Assembly: GCA_010909165.1 (NCBI GenBank)
Contig: MU008154.1
Coordinates: forward strand, 1,291,478 to 1,355,477
Direction of reading: 5' to 3'
DNA length: 64,000 nucleotides
From: Anthoceros angustus
Lineage: Eukaryota > Plantae > Anthocerotophyta
The position numbers and the translations under genes are program-made. Positions 58,750 through 64,000 of the stretch are shown piece after piece. Position 1 is the stretch's first letter. Each line of letters begins with the position of its first letter. The notes below the pieces were generated by a model. It did not search any database. It saw nothing but the letters and a program-made list of their open reading frames with translations, and had not been told where the DNA came from.

Positions 58750-61700
58750 ACGGAAATGACCCGCTATGCGTCACAAGAACCCCACCCGCTTCCTCCCGCG
58801 CCCCTCCCCATCTCACTCGGCACCCTCCGTGCGATGGCGGCTGCGATCGAATTGACGATGGCGGTTGGCGCCCCACGTTCTTGCGCACCGTCCTCTCGCA
58901 CACATTTCCATCAATTCGAAAGGGCATCTCGACAAGGCGTGTAGCACTGTTGTCGGGGAATACTTTTCTGTTTTTGCCACCCTTAGTCTCACACCGTTTT
59001 GAGTGGCATTTCTGGCCAAATGGGTGGATCGCATTGTAGGGCTGACTCTATTTGGCTTTATCGCACCCCATCGACATATATGGCCCCCGGCGCGAGGACA
59101 CCCTCCGCCCGGACCAATTTTATGATTAATACATATACTGTCATTCGCTTGATGTCTTTGGTCTATTTTATACCTCATATTATTCTACTCCAATTTTCCT
59201 CCAAATGCTTGGTGTGGATTAGCGAAAGGGCAATTGTGGACACTTTGTCTTTCCCTTGCCTCCCTGCGGCCTTCCATAACTGCATCCGGCACTATGCTTT
59301 CATGTGCGTGTCAGCGTCCCCAGAATGTAGAATAGATCAGGAAATTGGGCTATTGGTACATAAGGCTGTTTCCTTATTGGCGATCATCCACGCTCCCGTG
59401 CAGTATTCTAATTCAACGTCGGTTTGCAATGGCGTCAGAATGCACGTACATTGATCGTTATTTTCCCCATGCGCCATGTCCATTCATCTCATTATATGGC
59501 ATTTGCGTGCATATCTAAACACCATTCGTTACCACACAAAAAGTAAGCGCTCCTTCATCGTACATGCGGGTGATTTAGCGAAAACAATTCACTTCTCAAT
59601 ATCTGACACGATGCACATGACACATTGTGCAATGAAACGAAGGCCTTGTATTTTTAAGCTACAATTCGCAGGCATATGAAACTTGCGTTTTGCAACTCGT
59701 TGCTTGCTCGACATGGCACCCTCTCGGTATGGAGTGTATGAAGCGGCGAATGCCATTATGTGCTTGATTTTGGTTTTCAAAGACTCCTGATATGTGCATT
59801 CGTTAAGCGGGAACTACATTCGAACCCGCATTTGAGCGGAACGTCGCATAGACCTGGATTTGCTTCGTGCTCCTTCATGCGGTCGCGATATCCTTGCCAC
59901 CAATTTCGACCCTTTCGCATGACATGGATAACGATGTCGATTATGGTGCACATGCAAATTTGTGACATAAATGGATATGTGAGTTTTGAAAATGAGTCCA
60001 CATGGCACGGAAATGACCCGCGCCAATGCAAACGGCGAACCCCACCCGCTTCCTCCCGCGCCTCCCCATCTCACTCGGCACCCTCCAGCGTGCAGTAGCG
60101 GGCTGCAATGCCGAATTTAAGACGCACAGTGGCCGGTTGGCTGCCACGTTGCTGCGCGCACCGTCCCCTCTCCCGCACACATTTCCATCAATTCGGAAAA
60201 AGGGCATCTCCTGACACCGGGGCGTGTAGCAGCCGCTACAGCTGTCGGGGAATACTTTTTTCGGTGTTTTTGCCACCCCCTTAGTCTCACACCGTTTTTG
60301 AGTGGCATTTTACGGCAGCCGAAATGGGTGGATCGCATTGTATTATGGGCTGATTCTATTTGGCTTTATCGCACCCCATCGACATATATAGCCCCAGGGC
60401 ACCGGCGCCAGGGGACACCCTCCGGCCCAGACCCAATTTTATGATTAATACATATACTCTGTCATTCGCTTGATGTGCTGAACTATTTTATACCTCATAT
60501 TATTCTACTCCAATTTTCCTCCAAATGCTTGATTGTGGTATAGCGAAAGGGCAACCGTTGGACACTTTGTCTTTCCCTTGCCTCCCTGCGGCCTTCCATA
60601 TAAGCTGCATCCAGCGGCACTATGCTTTCACACAATACGACGTGCTCAGCGTCCGCGAATGTAGAATAGATGCAGGAAATTGGGCTATTGGTACACATAA
60701 GGCTAACCGTTTCCACTTATTGTGGCATTGTATTCCCCACGCCTTCCCCATTCTAATTCAACGTCGGTTTGCAATGGCGACGAATGCACGTACATTGATG
60801 CGTTATTTTCCCCATGCGCCATGTCCATTCATCTCATTATATGGCATTTCGCGTGCACATATCTAAACACCATTCGTTACCACACAAAAAGCGCTCCTTC
60901 ACTTCATATGCGGGTGATTTAGCGAAAACAATTCACTTCTCAATATCTGCGATGCATGACACATTGTGCAATGAAACGAAGGCCTTGTATTTTTGCGACT
61001 ACAATTCGCATATGTACTTGCGTTTTGCAACCACGTTGCTTGCTCGACATGGCACCCTCTCGGTATGGAGTGTATGAAGCACAGCATTATGCCATTATGT
61101 GCTTCAGATTTTGGTTTTCAAAAGACTCATACGATATGTGCATTCGTTAAGAAGCAGGAACTACATTCCGAACCCGCATTTGCGGGCGTCGCATAGACTT
61201 TGGATTTGCTTTCGCTAGCAGTCCGCGATATCCTTGCCAGCCAATTTCACGACCCTTTCGCATGACATGGATAACAATGTCCAAGATGGTGCATGCAAAT
61301 TTGTGAACGCAAATGGATATGTGAGTTTTGAAAATGAGTCCGCTGGCATTGTATCATTCCGAATCGCCAATAATTGTGCAATGGGCAATTGCAATGGTGC
61401 GTGTGTTTCCCTAAGCACGGGCTTATGGGTCCATTGGTGTCATTCGTCCTTCCCCAATACCTCCCGCACCTCCAAGGTGTGCGGGCTGCAATGCCGAATT
61501 TAAGACGCAGGTTGGTCGCCACGTTGTCGGCTGCACCGCCCCTCTCCCGCACATTTCCATCAATTCGGAAAAAGGGCATCTCGACACCGGGCGTAGCATG
61601 CTAAATGGAATACTTTTTTCGGTGTTTTTGCCACCCTTAGTCTCACACCGTTTTGAGTGGCATTTTCACGAAATGGGTGGATCGCATTGTATTATGGGCT

Positions 61701-64000
61701 GATTCTATTTGGCTTTATAACCCCATCGACATATATAGCCCAGGCACCGGCGGGGACACCCTCCGCCCGGACCCAATTTTATGATTAATACATATACTCT
61801 GTCATTCGCTTGATGTCTATTTTATACCTCATATTATTCTACTCCAATTTTCCTCCAAATGCTTGATTGTGGTATAGCGAAAGGGCAACCGTTGGACACT
61901 TTGTCTTTCCCTTGCCTCCCTGCGGCCTTCCATATAAGCTGCATCCAGCGGCACTATGCTTTCACACAATACGACGTGCTCAGCGTCCGCGAATGTAGAA
62001 TAGATGCAGGAAATTGGGCTATTGGTACACATAAGGCTAACCGTTTCCACTTATTGTGGCATTGTATTCCCCACGCCTTCCCCATTCTAATTCAACGTCG
62101 GTTTGCAATGGCGACGAATGCACGTACATTGATGCGTTATTTTCCCCATGCGCCATGTCCATTCATCTCATTATATGGCATTTCGCGTGCACATATCTAA
62201 ACACCATTCGTTACCACACAAAAAGCGCTCCTTCATCGTACATGCGGGTGATTTAGCGAAAACAATTCACTTCTCAATATCTGCGATGCATGACACATTG
62301 TGCAATGAAACGAAGGCCTTGTATTTTTGCGACTACAATTCGCATATGTACTTGCGTTTTGCACCCCCTTAGTCTCACACCGTTTTGAGTGGCATTTCTA
62401 CAAATGGGTGGATCGCATTGTATTATGGGCTGACTCTATTTGGCTTTATCGCACCCCATCGACATATATAGCCCGGCACCGCCGCTGTGGGACACCCTCC
62501 GCCCGGACCCAATTTTATGATTAATATATACTGTCATTCGCTTGATGTCTTTGAACTATTTTATACCTCATATTATTCTACTCCAATTTTCCTCCAAATG
62601 CTTGGTGTGGTATAGCGAAAGGGCAACGTTGTGGACACTTTGTCTTTCCCTTGCCTCCCTGCGGCCTTCCATATATGGCATTACGCACTATGCTTTCATG
62701 TGCGTGTCAGCGTCCCCAGAATGTAGAATAGATCAGGAAATTGGGCTATTGGTATAAGGCCTGCTTTCCACTTATTGTGGCGTATTCACGCCTTCCCGCA
62801 ACGTATTCTAATTCAACGTGTCGGTTGTAAATGACAGGCGTAATGCACGTACATTGATCGTTATTTTCCCCATGCGCCATGTCCATTCATCTCATTATAT
62901 GGCATTTGCGTGCATATCTAAACACCATTCGTTACCACACAAAAAGTAAGCGCTCCTTCATCGTACATGCGGGTGATTTAGCGAAAACAATTCACTTCTC
63001 AATATCTGCGTAAAAGATGCACATGACACATTGTGCAATGAAACCTGAAGGCCTTGTATTTTTGCGACTTCAATTCGCAGGCATATGAAGTACTTGCGTT
63101 TTGCAACTACGCTGCTTGCTCGACCTTGCACCCTCTCGGTATGGAGTGTATGAAGCGGCGAATGCCATTATGTGCTTGATTTTGGTTTTCAAAGACTCCT
63201 GATATGTGCATTCGTTAAGCGGGAACTACATTCGAACCCGCATTTGAGCGGAACGTCGCATAGACCTGGATTTGCTTCGTGCTCCTTCATGCGGTCGCGA
63301 TATCCTTGCCACCAATTTCGACCCTTTCGCATGACATGGATAACGATGTCGATTATGGTGCACATGCAAATTTGTGACATAAATGGATATGTGAGTTTTG
63401 AAAATGAGTCCACATGGCATTGCTACATATCTAAACACCATTCGTTACCACACAAAAAGGCGAAGCGCTCCTTCATCGTACATGCGGGTGATTTAGCGAA
63501 AACAATTCACTTCTCAATATCTGACACGATGCACATGACACATTGTGCAATGAAACGAAGGCCTTGTATTTTTAAGCTACAATTCGCAGGCATATGAAAC
63601 TTGCGTTTTGCAACTCGTTGCTTGCTCGACATGGCACCCTCTCGGTATGGAGTGTATGAAGCGGCGAATGCCATTATGTGTGCATTTGGTTTTCAAAAGA
63701 CTCCTGATATGTGCATTCGTTAAGCGGGAACTACATTCGAACCCGCATTTGAGGCGGAACGTCGCATAGACCTGGATTTGCTTCGTGCTCCTTCATGCGG
63801 TCGCGATATCCTTGCCGACCAATTTCGACCCTTTCGCATGACATGGATAACGATGTCGATTATGGTGCACATGCAAATTTGTGACATAAATGGATATGTG
63901 AGTTTTGAAAATGAGTCCACATGGCATTGCTACATATCTAAACACCATTCGTTACCACACAAAAGGCGAAGCGCTCCTTCATCGTACATGCGGGTGATTT
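58750..64000. repeat. Tandem array of ~1.3-kb units and truncated sub-units, running off the window
   Basis: cttagtctcacaccgtttt at ~58982, 60280, 61636 and 62368. catatctaaacaccattcgttaccacac at ~59510, 60857, 62192, 62913, 63426 and 63933. Confidence 0.9.

Overview
Eukaryotic land-plant genomic DNA. A lycophyte such as Selaginella is inferred from the compact GC-rich genes, short GT-AG introns, telo-boxes and PLS-type PPR remnants. Repeat-derived regions carry many 1-bp indels that look like long-read consensus noise, so most transposon ORFs were reconstructed across frames by eye. Layout: (1) 1-18.7 kb: Ty3/gypsy material, including a full-length minus-strand element whose ~4.4-kb LTRs each contain a long ORF. 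(2) 19-33 kb: a decayed Ty1/copia element whose RT is interrupted by an ~8.8-kb DNA transposon with terminal inverted repeats (TIRs). (3) 34-44 kb: host genes (RPS7, a conserved 3-exon plant gene, two F-box genes) plus PPR and alpha-tubulin fragments. (4) 44.6-64 kb: AT-rich DNA, an IS3EU-like transposase and tandemly duplicated or satellite-like DNA. The most notable item is the nested DNA transposon at 22466-31298. It encodes a Sola1-like DDE transposase on the + strand and, divergently on the - strand, an intron-containing gene that fuses a ParB/sulfiredoxin-like domain to a bacterial-type beta-class DNA amino-methyltransferase (N4-cytosine/N6-adenine family). This is a candidate plant transposon carrying its own non-5mC DNA-modification enzyme. 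Family calls rest on visual motif recognition, not database searches.
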